A program made the position numbers and the translations under genes. A stretch of DNA of 64,000 nucleotides from Candidatus Niyogibacteria bacterium (GTDB lineage Bacteria; Patescibacteriota; Minisyncoccia; HO2-45-28), in NCBI GenBank assembly GCA_016432485.1, contig CP066691.1, positions 516,709-580,708 on the forward strand, read 5' to 3'. Below the pieces are notes generated by a model. The model was given only the letters and a program-made list of their open reading frames with translations, was not told where the DNA came from and did not search any database. This document shows positions 27,193 to 36,334 of the stretch, one piece after another. Every line of letters begins with the position of its first letter. Position 1 is the stretch's first letter.

Positions 27193-28389
27193 TTAAACTA
27201 TTTTTATTTTAACAAAGCGTTTCTTGCCCGCGCGCATTATCCCGCCCCGCTCAAATTTGGCGCCGATATCTTTCACAATCGCGCCGTCAATTTCAACCGC
27301 TCCGGCTTTTATCAGCCGGGAGGCCTCGGATTTGGAAGAAACTAATCCCGAGCGCGCGAGAACATCTTTTATCATTTCGCCTTTCTTAACGATAACGGTC
27401 GTTGCGTCCTGCGGAAGATTCTTTTTCTGGAATGTTTCAACGAAAAAATTTTTAGCGTCCTTCGACTCATCAGCTGAATGGTATTTCAAAACCACTGCTT
27501 CAGCCAGCTCCATTTTAGCATCTTTAGGGTTGATTTTTTTACCTTGCAGACCGCGCTCTATTTCTCTGATGCGGACAAGAGCCGTGTCGCTATAAACTTC
27601 AAAATATTGAATTATCAGGTCATCCGGAATGCTCATTATTTTTCCAAACTTCTCGCGAGCCGAATCCAAAAGCCCTATATAATTGCCGAGGCTTTTAGAC
27701 TGTTTTTCGCCGCCGCGTATTCCGGGAGTAATTTTAGTGGTAATAATGACCTGGGGAGATTGCCCGAATTTTTGCTGCAAATCCCGCCCCATCATTTCAT
27801 TAAAAAGCTGGTCCGATCCGATTACGGTTAAATCCGACTCAAGCATAATCGAATCGTAGCCCTGCAAAATTGGATAGATAAGTTCGTTTTCAAAAATGTC
27901 CTTGCCTTCCTTTATTCTTTTCTGAAACATATCGCGCTTAATCAGTTGGGCGTTGGTAACCAGCGACATAAGTTCAAGCAGTTTTTCGGTTTTCATTTTG
28001 GAATACCACTCCGAATTTTTACGGATTTCAAAGACTTTTTTGTCAGTCAAAAGAATCCTGGAAACTTGCTTAATAAATTCTTTCGCTCCCCTTTTTATGT
28101 CGGCTTCGGAAATTTTCGGCCGCTTTTCGTTTCTGCCGGTGGGGTCGCCTATGCGAGTGGTAAAATCGCCCACCAAAAAAACAATTTTGTGTCCTTCTTC
28201 CTGAAAAGCGCGCATCAGCCACAAATTAACCGCGTGCCCCAAATGCAAAAATGGAGATGTAACATCAACCCCGTATTTTATGCGGAGTTTTTGCCCGGAT
28301 TTCAACCGTCCTTCCAGTTCTTTTTCGGTGATTATTTCCTCCGAAAGACGCGATATTTTTTCATTTAATTTAGAACTTGGGCTTGTCAT
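27193..28389 (-). CDS. tyrS: tyrosine--tRNA ligase
   Basis: HIGH motif HLGHAV, KMSKS-like KQSKS and a C-terminal S4 RNA-binding domain. Confidence 0.9.
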   Translation of the reverse strand: MTSPSSKLNEKISRLSEEIITEKELEGRLKSGQKLRIKYGVDVTSPFLHLGHAVNLWLMRAFQEEGHKIVFLVGDFTTRIGDPTGRNEKRPKISEADIKRGAKEFIKQVSRILLTDKKVFEIRKNSEWYSKMKTEKLLELMSLVTNAQLIKRDMFQKRIKEGKDIFENELIYPILQGYDSIMLESDLTVIGSDQLFNEMMGRDLQQKFGQSPQVIITTKITPGIRGGEKQSKSLGNYIGLLDSAREKFGKIMSIPDDLIIQYFEVYSDTALVRIREIERGLQGKKINPKDAKMELAEAVVLKYHSADESKDAKNFFVETFQKKNLPQDATTVIVKKGEMIKDVLARSGLVSSKSEASRLIKAGAVEIDGAIVKDIGAKFERGGIMRAGKKRFVKIKIV

Positions 28390-28467
28390 TTTTAAAGAAT
28401 AGCATAAACGCAGCGGTTTTTCATAATCATTGAAAAAGCGCTGAAAACAAGATATTATAAAATCTTA

Positions 28468-31032
28468 ATGGCAGGAAAAAGAAACCTCCTCAAAAAGACA
28501 AAAAAGATATTCTTTTACGGAATAGCCGCGGCGGTTTTGTTCGTTGGCTCTCTTTCCGTGTGGGCTTTAACTTTGGACATTCCGGACTTTGAGGCCTTTG
28601 ACCAGCGCAAAGTCGTGCAGTCAACAAAAATTTACGACCGCTCGGGCGATATTCTTTTATATGACATACATAATGACATACGAAGAACCGTGGTCGCTTT
28701 TGGCGAAATACCGCCCGGCGTCAAAAACGCGACCGTGGCCATGGAAGATTCTAATTTTTACAACCACTACGGCATAAGCTTTCTCGCGATTATGCGCGCG
28801 GCTTTTGTTGACGTGATTTACGGCGGCGTGCACCAGGGCGGATCAACCATAACCCAACAGCTGGTCAAAAAAGCTCTTCTGACCGACGAACAAACCATAA
28901 CCCGCAAACTCAAAGAATTGGTGTTGGCACTCAAGGTGGAACGCGCTTTCAGCAAAGAACAAATCCTGGGTTTTTATCTCAATGAAATACCCTACGGATC
29001 TTCGGCCTACGGAATCGCGGCGGCCGCCGAAACTTTTTTCGGCAAAAAACTGCGGGACATAACTTTAGCCGAATCGACCTATCTTGCTTCTCTCCCCAAC
29101 GCGCCGACTTTTTATTCGCCGTACGGCCCGCACCAAAAAGAACTTAATGAAAGAAAAAATCTGGTTCTTAAAAGAATGTTGGACCTCGGCTTCATAACCC
29201 AAGACGAGGCCGATAAAGCCGAGAGGGAGGAAGTTAAATTCATACCGCGCGGCAATGAAACGTTGAAAGCGCCGCATTTTATATTCTACGTCCGAGATTA
29301 CCTCACTGAAAAATACGGGGAAGAGGCCGTGGAATCTGGCGGACTTAAAGTGGTAACGACTCTTGATTGGAATCTTCAGCAAAAAGCCGAGGACTTAACG
29401 GAAAAATTTGTTGAGGATGAAGAAGAAAAATTTAATGTTTATAATGCCGGCCTTATCGCTACCGACCCTCAAACGGGCCAAATACTGGTAATGGTCGGCT
29501 CAAAAGATTGGTTTTCTGAGCCCAAACCCGAAGGATGTTCGCCGGGCTTAAACTGCAAATTTGAACCGCACGTAAATGTGACCGCTTACGCCTCGGGCCG
29601 CCAGCCCGGCTCGGCTTTCAAACCATTTGTTTATGCGACTGCTTTTCAAAAGGGCTTTACTCCCGAAACCGCGGTCTTTGATTTGCCGACCGAGTTTAAT
29701 CCGTCTTGCGACCCGGACGCGGCCAAGGCCCTTGCCCGAGAAGAAGAACAAAACGAAGAAAAAAAAGATAATTGCTATCACCCGAGAAACTATGACGGCG
29801 TCTTTCGCGGGCCGATAATTCTGCGGGAAGCGCTGGCTCAATCCATCAACCTGCCGGCAGTCAAAACTCTTTACCTTGCCGGCCTTTCGGAATCGCTTAA
29901 AACCGCGAAAAAACTGGGCATTACAACCCTTAATGATCCCGACCGTTATGGATTAACTCTGGTTTTAGGCGGAGGAGAAGTTAAATTGCTGGAAATGGTC
30001 GGAGCATACGGGGTCTTCGCTAACGATGGGGTACGTAATCCCTTAACATCAATCCTTAAAGTGGAGGACGCGAAAGGGAACATTCTTGAAGAATTCCAGC
30101 CAAAACCCGAAGAAGTTCTTGATAAGCAAACCGCCCGTCTTATAAACGATGTGCTCTCGGATAATGAAGCCCGAACTCCGGCTTTTGGCGCGGCCTCTCC
30201 CTTATATTTTCCGGGCTGGGATGTCGCGGCTAAAACCGGAACCACCAATGATTCCAGAGATGCCTGGGTGGTGGGCTATACTCCCAATCTGGCCTGGGGA
30301 GTGTGGTTTGGCAATAACGACAACTCGGAGATGGTCAAAAGTATTGCCGGATTTATCGCAGCACCATTGTGGAATGCTTTTTTTCAGGAAGCATCGCGTA
30401 CCCTTGAGAAAAAAGAATTTATTTCTCCGGCACCGACCGAACCTAAAAAGGCGGTGCTTAACGGCGGGTGGCGCGGAAGCCGAACTTACACCATTGATAA
30501 GATTTCAAAAAAATTAGCGACTGCTTTTACGCCGCAGCAGTATAAGGAAGAAAAACCGCTGATTCAGATACATTCAATTCTTTACTGGCTGGATAAAAAT
30601 AATCCGGACGGGCCCATCCCTCAAAATCCATCAGACGACTCCCAATTTTCTTTATGGGAATATCCCGTAAGAAAGTGGGCCGAATCAAAAAATCTCCGCG
30701 AAGAGAGCGAAAGCGACATTCCGACGCAATATGATGACGTTCATCTTCCTCAGTACGCGCCGGAGATTTCGTTTGTTGTTTCGCCTCCGGATGAGTCCAC
30801 GTATTCCGGTTCGATATCATTCACATTGTCGGCTAGTTCCCGCTATCCCATAAGTCAGATGGACGTTATCTTTGGCAACAGATTTATCGGCTCCATTAAA
30901 AACGCGCCGTACTCGTTTTCCATTGATCTTGCAAAAATAAAAGACCTGCGTCCCGAAGAAACTCTGGTCATAAATGTTTACGACAGCGTCGGTAACAGTT
31001 CTTCACTTGAAAAAACCATCCGTTTGAGATAG
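28468..31032 (+). CDS. class A penicillin-binding protein (glycosyltransferase plus transpeptidase) with C-terminal extension
   Basis: GT51 motifs (EDSNFYNHYGIS, RKxxE), transpeptidase SAFKP (SxxK), SxN and KTG triad; 854 aa. Confidence 0.9.
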   Translation: MAGKRNLLKKTKKIFFYGIAAAVLFVGSLSVWALTLDIPDFEAFDQRKVVQSTKIYDRSGDILLYDIHNDIRRTVVAFGEIPPGVKNATVAMEDSNFYNHYGISFLAIMRAAFVDVIYGGVHQGGSTITQQLVKKALLTDEQTITRKLKELVLALKVERAFSKEQILGFYLNEIPYGSSAYGIAAAAETFFGKKLRDITLAESTYLASLPNAPTFYSPYGPHQKELNERKNLVLKRMLDLGFITQDEADKAEREEVKFIPRGNETLKAPHFIFYVRDYLTEKYGEEAVESGGLKVVTTLDWNLQQKAEDLTEKFVEDEEEKFNVYNAGLIATDPQTGQILVMVGSKDWFSEPKPEGCSPGLNCKFEPHVNVTAYASGRQPGSAFKPFVYATAFQKGFTPETAVFDLPTEFNPSCDPDAAKALAREEEQNEEKKDNCYHPRNYDGVFRGPIILREALAQSINLPAVKTLYLAGLSESLKTAKKLGITTLNDPDRYGLTLVLGGGEVKLLEMVGAYGVFANDGVRNPLTSILKVEDAKGNILEEFQPKPEEVLDKQTARLINDVLSDNEARTPAFGAASPLYFPGWDVAAKTGTTNDSRDAWVVGYTPNLAWGVWFGNNDNSEMVKSIAGFIAAPLWNAFFQEASRTLEKKEFISPAPTEPKKAVLNGGWRGSRTYTIDKISKKLATAFTPQQYKEEKPLIQIHSILYWLDKNNPDGPIPQNPSDDSQFSLWEYPVRKWAESKNLREESESDIPTQYDDVHLPQYAPEISFVVSPPDESTYSGSISFTLSASSRYPISQMDVIFGNRFIGSIKNAPYSFSIDLAKIKDLRPEETLVINVYDSVGNSSSLEKTIRLR

Positions 31033-31033
31033 T
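31008..31033. repeat. 26-bp direct repeat, left copy (3' end of the PBP gene)
   Basis: TGAAAAAACCATCCGTTTGAGATAGT is identical at 32693-32718. Confidence 0.9.
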
Positions 31034-31821
31034 CATTCGGATGTCGTATTTTTAAGTTTTTCTTCCTCCTCCCTGTCATATCTCTCTGCCCTTTCCCAGG
31101 CCAGTTCGTAAAGTTTTTTCATGGCCTCGGCAATTTCGCGGCCTTCAATAACTACTCCGAATTTTTCAGCTAAAGACATAAAAACGACCTTGTTATCATA
31201 GATGTATATTTCGGGCGATATGCTGAATTTTTCATGAGGTACCAAAAGCGCGGTGCGCAAAAACTTTTCTCCGACGCGTTTTAAATGAAGGCCGTATTTT
31301 TCCGTGGGAATAATGGTGCGAATTGGTATTCCTTTTTCAGTGCGGCGGCGGAAATAGTTCTCGGCGTATGAGCCAAGCACTTTTTTAATGTCATGTGTTG
31401 AGCTGTAGCTTAAAATCGTTTCGGAGCTTGTCAAACTGTCTTCATAAAGCGAGGTAACGCCGTCAAACCCCTCATAATAACGCACTTGGGGTTTGTCTTT
31501 GCGCAAACTATGAATGGAGAGAAGTTGGGGCAAAAGTTTTTTAGCCGCTTCTAACCGCTTTTTGTTCTTACTCAGGTCGTCTTCAAGCCGGTCCACCAAA
31601 ATGTACGGGTCTTCGGCGGCATAAATCTTCCTCCCTCTTCTGTCTTGGGATTGACTGACCAGCTTCTTTGCCACCAAACCCTCCAAAACGTTATAGCCAC
31701 TAGTGCGATTTATACCTGCTTTTCGAGCAATATCAGCCACAGCTGATGACCCCAGCTCTAAATTTGCCGCATAAACTCGGGCTTCATTTTCAGAAAAACC
31801 CAATTCTTCCAACTCACGCAT
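31033..31821 (-). CDS. TrmB-family transcriptional regulator
   Basis: N-terminal wHTH (ELEELGFSENEARVYAANLELG...IARKAGINRTSGY) and a C-terminal TrmB-type domain. Start taken at the Met preceded by GGAGGT. Confidence 0.7.
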   Translation of the reverse strand: MRELEELGFSENEARVYAANLELGSSAVADIARKAGINRTSGYNVLEGLVAKKLVSQSQDRRGRKIYAAEDPYILVDRLEDDLSKNKKRLEAAKKLLPQLLSIHSLRKDKPQVRYYEGFDGVTSLYEDSLTSSETILSYSSTHDIKKVLGSYAENYFRRRTEKGIPIRTIIPTEKYGLHLKRVGEKFLRTALLVPHEKFSISPEIYIYDNKVVFMSLAEKFGVVIEGREIAEAMKKLYELAWERAERYDREEEEKLKNTTSE

Positions 31822-31830
31822 TATACCTCC

Positions 31831-31862
31831 ATTATACACCTACAGTATTTTGTGTCAAGACT
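31831..31862 (-). promoter_or_regulatory. perfect-consensus sigma70 promoter TTGACA-N16-TATAAT for the TrmB gene
   Basis: The minus strand reads TTGACAcaaaatactgtaggtgTATAAT-GGAGG-tataATG. A second TTGACA and a CAAGACTCTTG palindrome lie just upstream and are candidate operators. Confidence 0.65.
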
Positions 31863-31918
31863 CTTGCACAGTTTGTCAAGAGCAGTATGTTTTACAACAA
31901 TTTTCTTGTCCCTACTAC

Positions 31919-31946
31919 TTGACAAGGTGTCTGTTTGATGTATAAT
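31919..31946 (+). promoter_or_regulatory. perfect-consensus sigma70 promoter TTGACA-N16-TATAAT for the membrane protein gene
   Basis: cTTGACAaggtgtctgtttgatgTATAAT; the -35 lies inside the palindromic CTTGACAAG motif that is shared with the divergent promoter. Confidence 0.65.
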
Positions 31947-32010
31947 GGGGACAGGAAGTCAGTAGTTTCCTTGAAACATAAACCAGTACAAACAGAAAGG
32001 GAGAAGAAAA

Positions 32011-32585
32011 TGTATACCTGGATTGGCGTGCCGGCTTTGGTATTCGTGTTTATATGTTTGGGCGTGTGGCTCAACGAAAAAACCAACTGGAATCTAAGAG
32101 ATATCCTAAAAGCAATGGCTGCTGCAGCATTGATTACACCGTTCATTGGGGCCTGCGTTGCAGCGGTCGCTGACGTCATAGCGTCTCATGTATCCGAAAG
32201 CCGCTTGGTTCTTGCGGAGACAAAGCCTTTAGTCCGGACACAAAACAAGGGATTGGTCACAGTATGGTTCGTCACAGAAAATGCCAGCGCCTTGGTCAAC
32301 GATCCGCAGGAACGTGCCTATCTCGTCTTTTTCACCAGAGAAAGCGGCGGCAATACGACGCTCAATAAACTCCCTTTGCGTCTGGGCCGTAACGTGGAGA
32401 TCGTGGAGGAAAAACGCGCAGGTGGGATTTTAGAACTCTATGAGTGGCGGTTTGTAAACCCTGCTACAGCCATAAGATGGACGCTCATTTCGGGGGCTGC
32501 AGCATTTTCAGGCCCAAAGTGGGTTCTCCGTATTCCAGAAGGATCAATCGAAACGAGCCGGAATCCACGGCTAAAAACAAAATAA
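32011..32585 (+). CDS. hypothetical membrane protein (2 TM) of atypical composition
   Basis: SD AGGGAG upstream of ATG; 191 aa; ~50% GC; followed by a strong terminator. Confidence 0.5.
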
Positions 32586-32605
32586 CCCGAGAAGCGACAA
32601 GTAAA

Positions 32606-32640
32606 AAACCGCCGGGAGGCAAGCTCCTTCCGGTGGTTTT
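32606..32640 (+). terminator. intrinsic terminator
   Basis: 13-bp stem AACCGCCGGGAGG / CCTTCCGGTGGTT with loop CAAGC, followed by TTTTTAATT. Confidence 0.75.
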
Positions 32641-32644
32641 TAAT

Positions 32645-32689
32645 TATTTAAGAACTCTTCATCGGCATTACCAGATAAAGATACGAAAC
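32645..32689. repeat. degenerate duplicate of the dnaN 3' end (encodes DVSYLYLVMPMKSS-stop on the minus strand)
   Basis: About 85% identical to 33002-33042, the true dnaN terminus. Confidence 0.7.
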
Positions 32690-32692
32690 ATC

Positions 32693-32718
32693 TGAAAAAA
32701 CCATCCGTTTGAGATAGT
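32693..32718. repeat. 26-bp direct repeat, right copy
   Basis: Identical to 31008-31033; in frame it would encode EKTIRLR-stop, the PBP C-terminus. Confidence 0.9.
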
Positions 32719-32990
32719 TATTTAAATAAAATTTTTTGGGGGGCTCTATTTCCGAATTTTTTTCTTAATTCGTCGAGCAAAGAATTCTGCGAAGTAAATA
32801 TAAAGGTTTTAACCGCCATGTTCTTCGTAGAAATTATTATATTAGGCTGGCGAACTTTAATTTCCAGGTCATTCCCGCTTAAATTGTTTTTTTTAAAACA
32901 CCACTCCAAAATATCTTTTTCAACTATCTGGCTATGTGATTTTAATCCGTCAAATTTTTTTAGGAATTCAAAAATCTGCTTAAAAGGCAT
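32718..32990 (-). CDS. small protein downstream of dnaN, possibly DUF721/DciA-like
   Basis: 90 aa immediately 3' of dnaN. The DUF721 assignment rests only on genomic position and a loose recalled pattern resemblance. Confidence 0.3.
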   Translation of the reverse strand: MPFKQIFEFLKKFDGLKSHSQIVEKDILEWCFKKNNLSGNDLEIKVRQPNIIISTKNMAVKTFIFTSQNSLLDELRKKFGNRAPQKILFK

Positions 32991-33001
32991 ACCAAATTCC
33001 T

Positions 33002-34111
33002 TTAGCTTTTCATCGGCATAACCAAATAAAGATATGAAACGTCGCGCGGGTTTTGGATTAGAAGAGGTTTGCTTGCTCCCGAAAAACGCAAAATAACGTC
33101 TTCGGAATTTACGGGCTCCAACCCCTCAAGCAAATATCTCTGATTAAAAGACGCTTCAAGATTTTCTCCGGTAATCTGAGCCTTAAGCTGACCGTTGTGC
33201 TCGCCGAGCTCGCTGTCACTGGTGGTTATCTCAAAAATATTGTCCCCGGCGTAAGCGCGCAATTTTACTTCTTTCAGGCGGCCGGAAAAAACGCCGGCTA
33301 ATTTAAGGTTGTCCGTAAGTTCTTTTTTATTCAGAGTAACTTCGGTGCTGAATGCCGACGGAATTATTTGCTCGTAATCGGGGAAGTTTCCCTCAATCAA
33401 TCTGGTAAAATACGAAAAAGAGGGGTGAAGCGCGAAAAGATGCTGGCGGTCAAACTCCAATTCTACGTCTCCTTCAAAATTCTCAATTATTTTTATGAAA
33501 TCAAGGGCTGATTTTCCGGGAAAGAGAAAAGAGTCTATTTTTTCAGTTTTTGAATCAAAGGATTTTTCAGCCAGACGGAAAGAATCGGTGGCCGCCATTT
33601 TAAAAAATGAGCCCGGATTGTTTTTGCTGCCGGAGGAAAAGAAAACGCTTGATATTTCCGGTTTGATATCGGATTCGGAAGCGGCGAAAATCACGCTTTT
33701 CATGTTTGAAAACAATTTTTCCGCGTTGAAAACCAATTTTTGCCCGTTTTTTATTTTAGGCAGTTTCGGAAAGTCTTCCTGATCATAAGCTTTTATTGTG
33801 GTGGAGGTATTTTTAGTAGTCAGATTAATGTTGTTATTTTTTGATTCTAAAAATATTTTTTCGTCGTTTACTGACGATAAAAGAGAAATAATGGGTTTAG
33901 CCTGAATAACCAGTGTTCCTTCTTTTTTTACTTGAGCCGGTATTTTTGTCTCAAAACCGCTGTATAAATCGGTTGACCTGATAAGCAGATGATTTTTTTC
34001 GGCTTTTAAAAATATTCCGTTTAAAACCGGATTGGCGTTTCTCTGATTGGTTTGCCTTTCGGCCAATTGAATACTTTTTTGGAAATGAGTTTTAAAGCAA
34101 GACAACTCCAT
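33002..34111 (-). CDS. dnaN: DNA polymerase III beta sliding clamp
   Basis: 369 aa with a three-domain layout and MELSCFKTHF...N-terminus. Lies immediately downstream of dnaA. Confidence 0.85.
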   Translation of the reverse strand: MELSCFKTHFQKSIQLAERQTNQRNANPVLNGIFLKAEKNHLLIRSTDLYSGFETKIPAQVKKEGTLVIQAKPIISLLSSVNDEKIFLESKNNNINLTTKNTSTTIKAYDQEDFPKLPKIKNGQKLVFNAEKLFSNMKSVIFAASESDIKPEISSVFFSSGSKNNPGSFFKMAATDSFRLAEKSFDSKTEKIDSFLFPGKSALDFIKIIENFEGDVELEFDRQHLFALHPSFSYFTRLIEGNFPDYEQIIPSAFSTEVTLNKKELTDNLKLAGVFSGRLKEVKLRAYAGDNIFEITTSDSELGEHNGQLKAQITGENLEASFNQRYLLEGLEPVNSEDVILRFSGASKPLLIQNPRDVSYLYLVMPMKS

Positions 34112-34319
34112 AATAATAAATTTAATTAATTAAACTGTAGTTGTAGATGTTAGCGTGCATAAGTGTAAAAACCATTTATGTGTTTAGTTTAAACCCTTTT
34201 TAACTATAAAACTGTTTATTTTCTTGTTGATAAATCGTGGAAATGATTTTGATAATTTTCAGTCCGAATTCTTTTTTATAAATCATCAACATTTTTTCAA
34301 CATAATTTTCATAAGATAC
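34112..34319. other. AT-rich dnaA-dnaN intergenic region with DnaA-box-like motifs (candidate oriC part)
   Basis: TGTTGATAA (= TTATCAACA), TTTTGATAA and TCATCAACA are present in a >75% AT region. Confidence 0.4.
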
Positions 34320-35684
34320 TCACTGTTTTTCTTCCTCATATAATTGGGCCCGGATTGTTTTTATTTCTTCTTTGAGGCGGTCGTCTCTTTTAATCTCGTT
34401 GGTTATTTTAGTATAGGCGTGAATGGCGGTTGTATGGTCTCGGCCGCCGAATTTTTGTCCGATATAAGGAAAAGAGCCGTTAAAATCTTCTCTTAGAAGG
34501 TACATCGCTACTTGTCTCGGCTTGACTACCTCCTTCCTTCTGGTTTTCTCAAAAAGAAATTTTTCCTGAATGTCGTAAAATTGCGCGATCTTTCTTATTA
34601 TCTGCTGAGCGCTTAGAACTTTCCTCGGTTTTTCGTTTTTGGTCAGTATTTCTTTTACCTCGGACAAATCCAGAGGCCGCTTTTTCATTTTTGAGCGCAC
34701 GATCACGGAATTAAGCGAACCCTCCATCTCCCTGATATTGGATTGGACGGCTGATGCTATGTATTCCAGTATTTCAAGCGAGGGCTGGTATTCTTGGTTT
34801 GGAGCTGTTTTGGACTGCAGTATTGCCAGCCTGGTTTCGTAGTCCGGTTCTACTATGTCGGCTATCGTGCCTCCCTCAAAACGCGATCTAAGGCGGTCTT
34901 CAATGTTTGGTATTAATTTGGGAGGCCTGTCGGAAGAGAAGATTATTTGTTTATTCGCCTGATGCATGGAGTTGAAAGTGTGAAAAATTTCTTCCTGGGT
35001 AGCGGCTCCGCGGCTGGCAATGAACTGGATATCGTCAATTATCAAAACGTCAAAAGAGCGGTACTTATCTTTAAAAAAGACGGTTTCGTTATTGCGGATT
35101 GCCGCGACCAATTCGTTGGCAAAACGTTCCGCGCTGACGTAATAAACTTTTTTATCGGGATAGTCGGCTTTCATTTTATTTCCTATTGCCTGCATTAAGT
35201 GGGTTTTTCCCAGCCCGACTCCGCCATAAATAAAAAGAGGGTTGTAGAGAACGCCCGGGTTTTTTATTACCGATAGAGCGGAGGCATGAGCCAGCTCATT
35301 GAATATCCCTACGATAAAATTATCCAGAGTATATTTAGGATTGAGGTTTGTTTCGCGGTCGGTGTATATATCGCGAAAATCCATTTGTTCTTCCGTTGAT
35401 TTAGGCTCTGCTTTTTTCTCCTGGACCGTGCCGAACGTCGCTATCTTGAATTCGATTGAACGCACTTCGGGCGAGCGAGCCCGGAGGCATTTTAAAATAT
35501 GTTTTTGGTATTTATCCTCCAGCCACTCTTTAATAAAAGCCGAGGGGGTCCCTATGATTATTTTCCCTTCGTCCTGGTCGGCTATGAACGTATTTTGAAA
35601 CCAAGTCGCGAAATTGGCTTTCGAAACGGTTAATTCTAATTCTCTCAAAATCTCCTTCCAGAGCTCTTCTTTAATCATAATCAT
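34320..35684 (-). CDS. dnaA: chromosomal replication initiator DnaA
   Basis: AAA+ Walker A GGVGLGKTHL, Walker B LIIDDIQF, a C-terminal DnaA-box-binding HTH and an N-terminal domain I. Confidence 0.93.
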   Translation of the reverse strand: MIMIKEELWKEILRELELTVSKANFATWFQNTFIADQDEGKIIIGTPSAFIKEWLEDKYQKHILKCLRARSPEVRSIEFKIATFGTVQEKKAEPKSTEEQMDFRDIYTDRETNLNPKYTLDNFIVGIFNELAHASALSVIKNPGVLYNPLFIYGGVGLGKTHLMQAIGNKMKADYPDKKVYYVSAERFANELVAAIRNNETVFFKDKYRSFDVLIIDDIQFIASRGAATQEEIFHTFNSMHQANKQIIFSSDRPPKLIPNIEDRLRSRFEGGTIADIVEPDYETRLAILQSKTAPNQEYQPSLEILEYIASAVQSNIREMEGSLNSVIVRSKMKKRPLDLSEVKEILTKNEKPRKVLSAQQIIRKIAQFYDIQEKFLFEKTRRKEVVKPRQVAMYLLREDFNGSFPYIGQKFGGRDHTTAIHAYTKITNEIKRDDRLKEEIKTIRAQLYEEEKQ

Positions 35685-35833
35685 CTAAGTTTTTTAAACG
35701 ATTTCTATATTATATCTTTAATGTTTTTTATTTACGAACCACCAAAATTTTACTAAACCCTACTCTGATGTTAATAAGCTGTGGATGATTTGTGAATATT
35801 GTTTAAATTAAAAATATGTGTAAGAATAATCAT
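35685..35833. other. AT-rich region upstream of dnaA / rpmH with DnaA-box-like motifs (candidate oriC part)
   Basis: TGTGGATGA and TGTGAATAT are near-matches to the TGTGGATAA box; the flanking genes are divergently oriented. Confidence 0.4.
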
Positions 35834-35974
35834 ATGTCGCCAAAAAGAACTTATCAGCCCAAAAAACGCAAAAGGAAAAAGACTCACGGTTTCCGAAAAC
35901 GCTCCAGAAGCGCCGGGGGCAAGCGTATTTTGAAGGGCCGGCGCCGGAAAGGCCGCAAGAAGCTTACGGTTTGA
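35834..35974 (+). CDS. rpmH: 50S ribosomal protein L34
   Basis: [23 protein letters not shown]... is the canonical L34 sequence. At 46 aa it falls below the 60-aa cutoff of the ORF track. Confidence 0.9.
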   Translation: MSPKRTYQPKKRKRKKTHGFRKRSRSAGGKRILKGRRRKGRKKLTV

Positions 35975-36324
35975 TGGCCGCTTTTAAGCGCAGCCGGCGG
36001 CTTTACGATAAAAAAGCGATTAGTCAAGTTTTGCGCCGCGGCCGAAGGATTGAGCGCGGTGGCCTCGTTGTCTATTTTCAAAGTTCTGATAATTCCGCAT
36101 CGCGTCTCGCAGTGGTCGTTTCAAAGAGCGTTGATAAAAGAGCGGTGAGGCGCAATAAAATTAGGCGGCAGATAAGTGAGATAATGCGGGGGCTCATTTT
36201 CGGAATAAAAAAACCCTTGCGTATAATCGTAAGGGTTTTGCCCGAAGCTTCCAAGGCGGACTTTGGGCGGCTGAAAAACGCGCTGGAAGAAATATTCGTA
36301 AATATAAACAATCTAAAAATTTAA
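35974..36324 (+). CDS. rnpA: ribonuclease P protein component
   Basis: Basic ~115-aa protein directly after rpmH, with a KRAVRRNKIRRQI motif. Confidence 0.85.
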   Translation: MAAFKRSRRLYDKKAISQVLRRGRRIERGGLVVYFQSSDNSASRLAVVVSKSVDKRAVRRNKIRRQISEIMRGLIFGIKKPLRIIVRVLPEASKADFGRLKNALEEIFVNINNLKI

Positions 36325-36334
36325 GAATCTTATA

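Larger units (their letters stand above)
31034..32692. mobile_element. putative inserted cassette (TrmB regulator plus membrane protein) bounded by the 26-bp direct repeat
   Basis: Flanked by exact direct repeats that duplicate the PBP 3' end. It carries two divergent perfect-consensus promoters and its own terminator; the membrane gene is ~50% GC. No integrase or transposase found. Confidence 0.4.
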
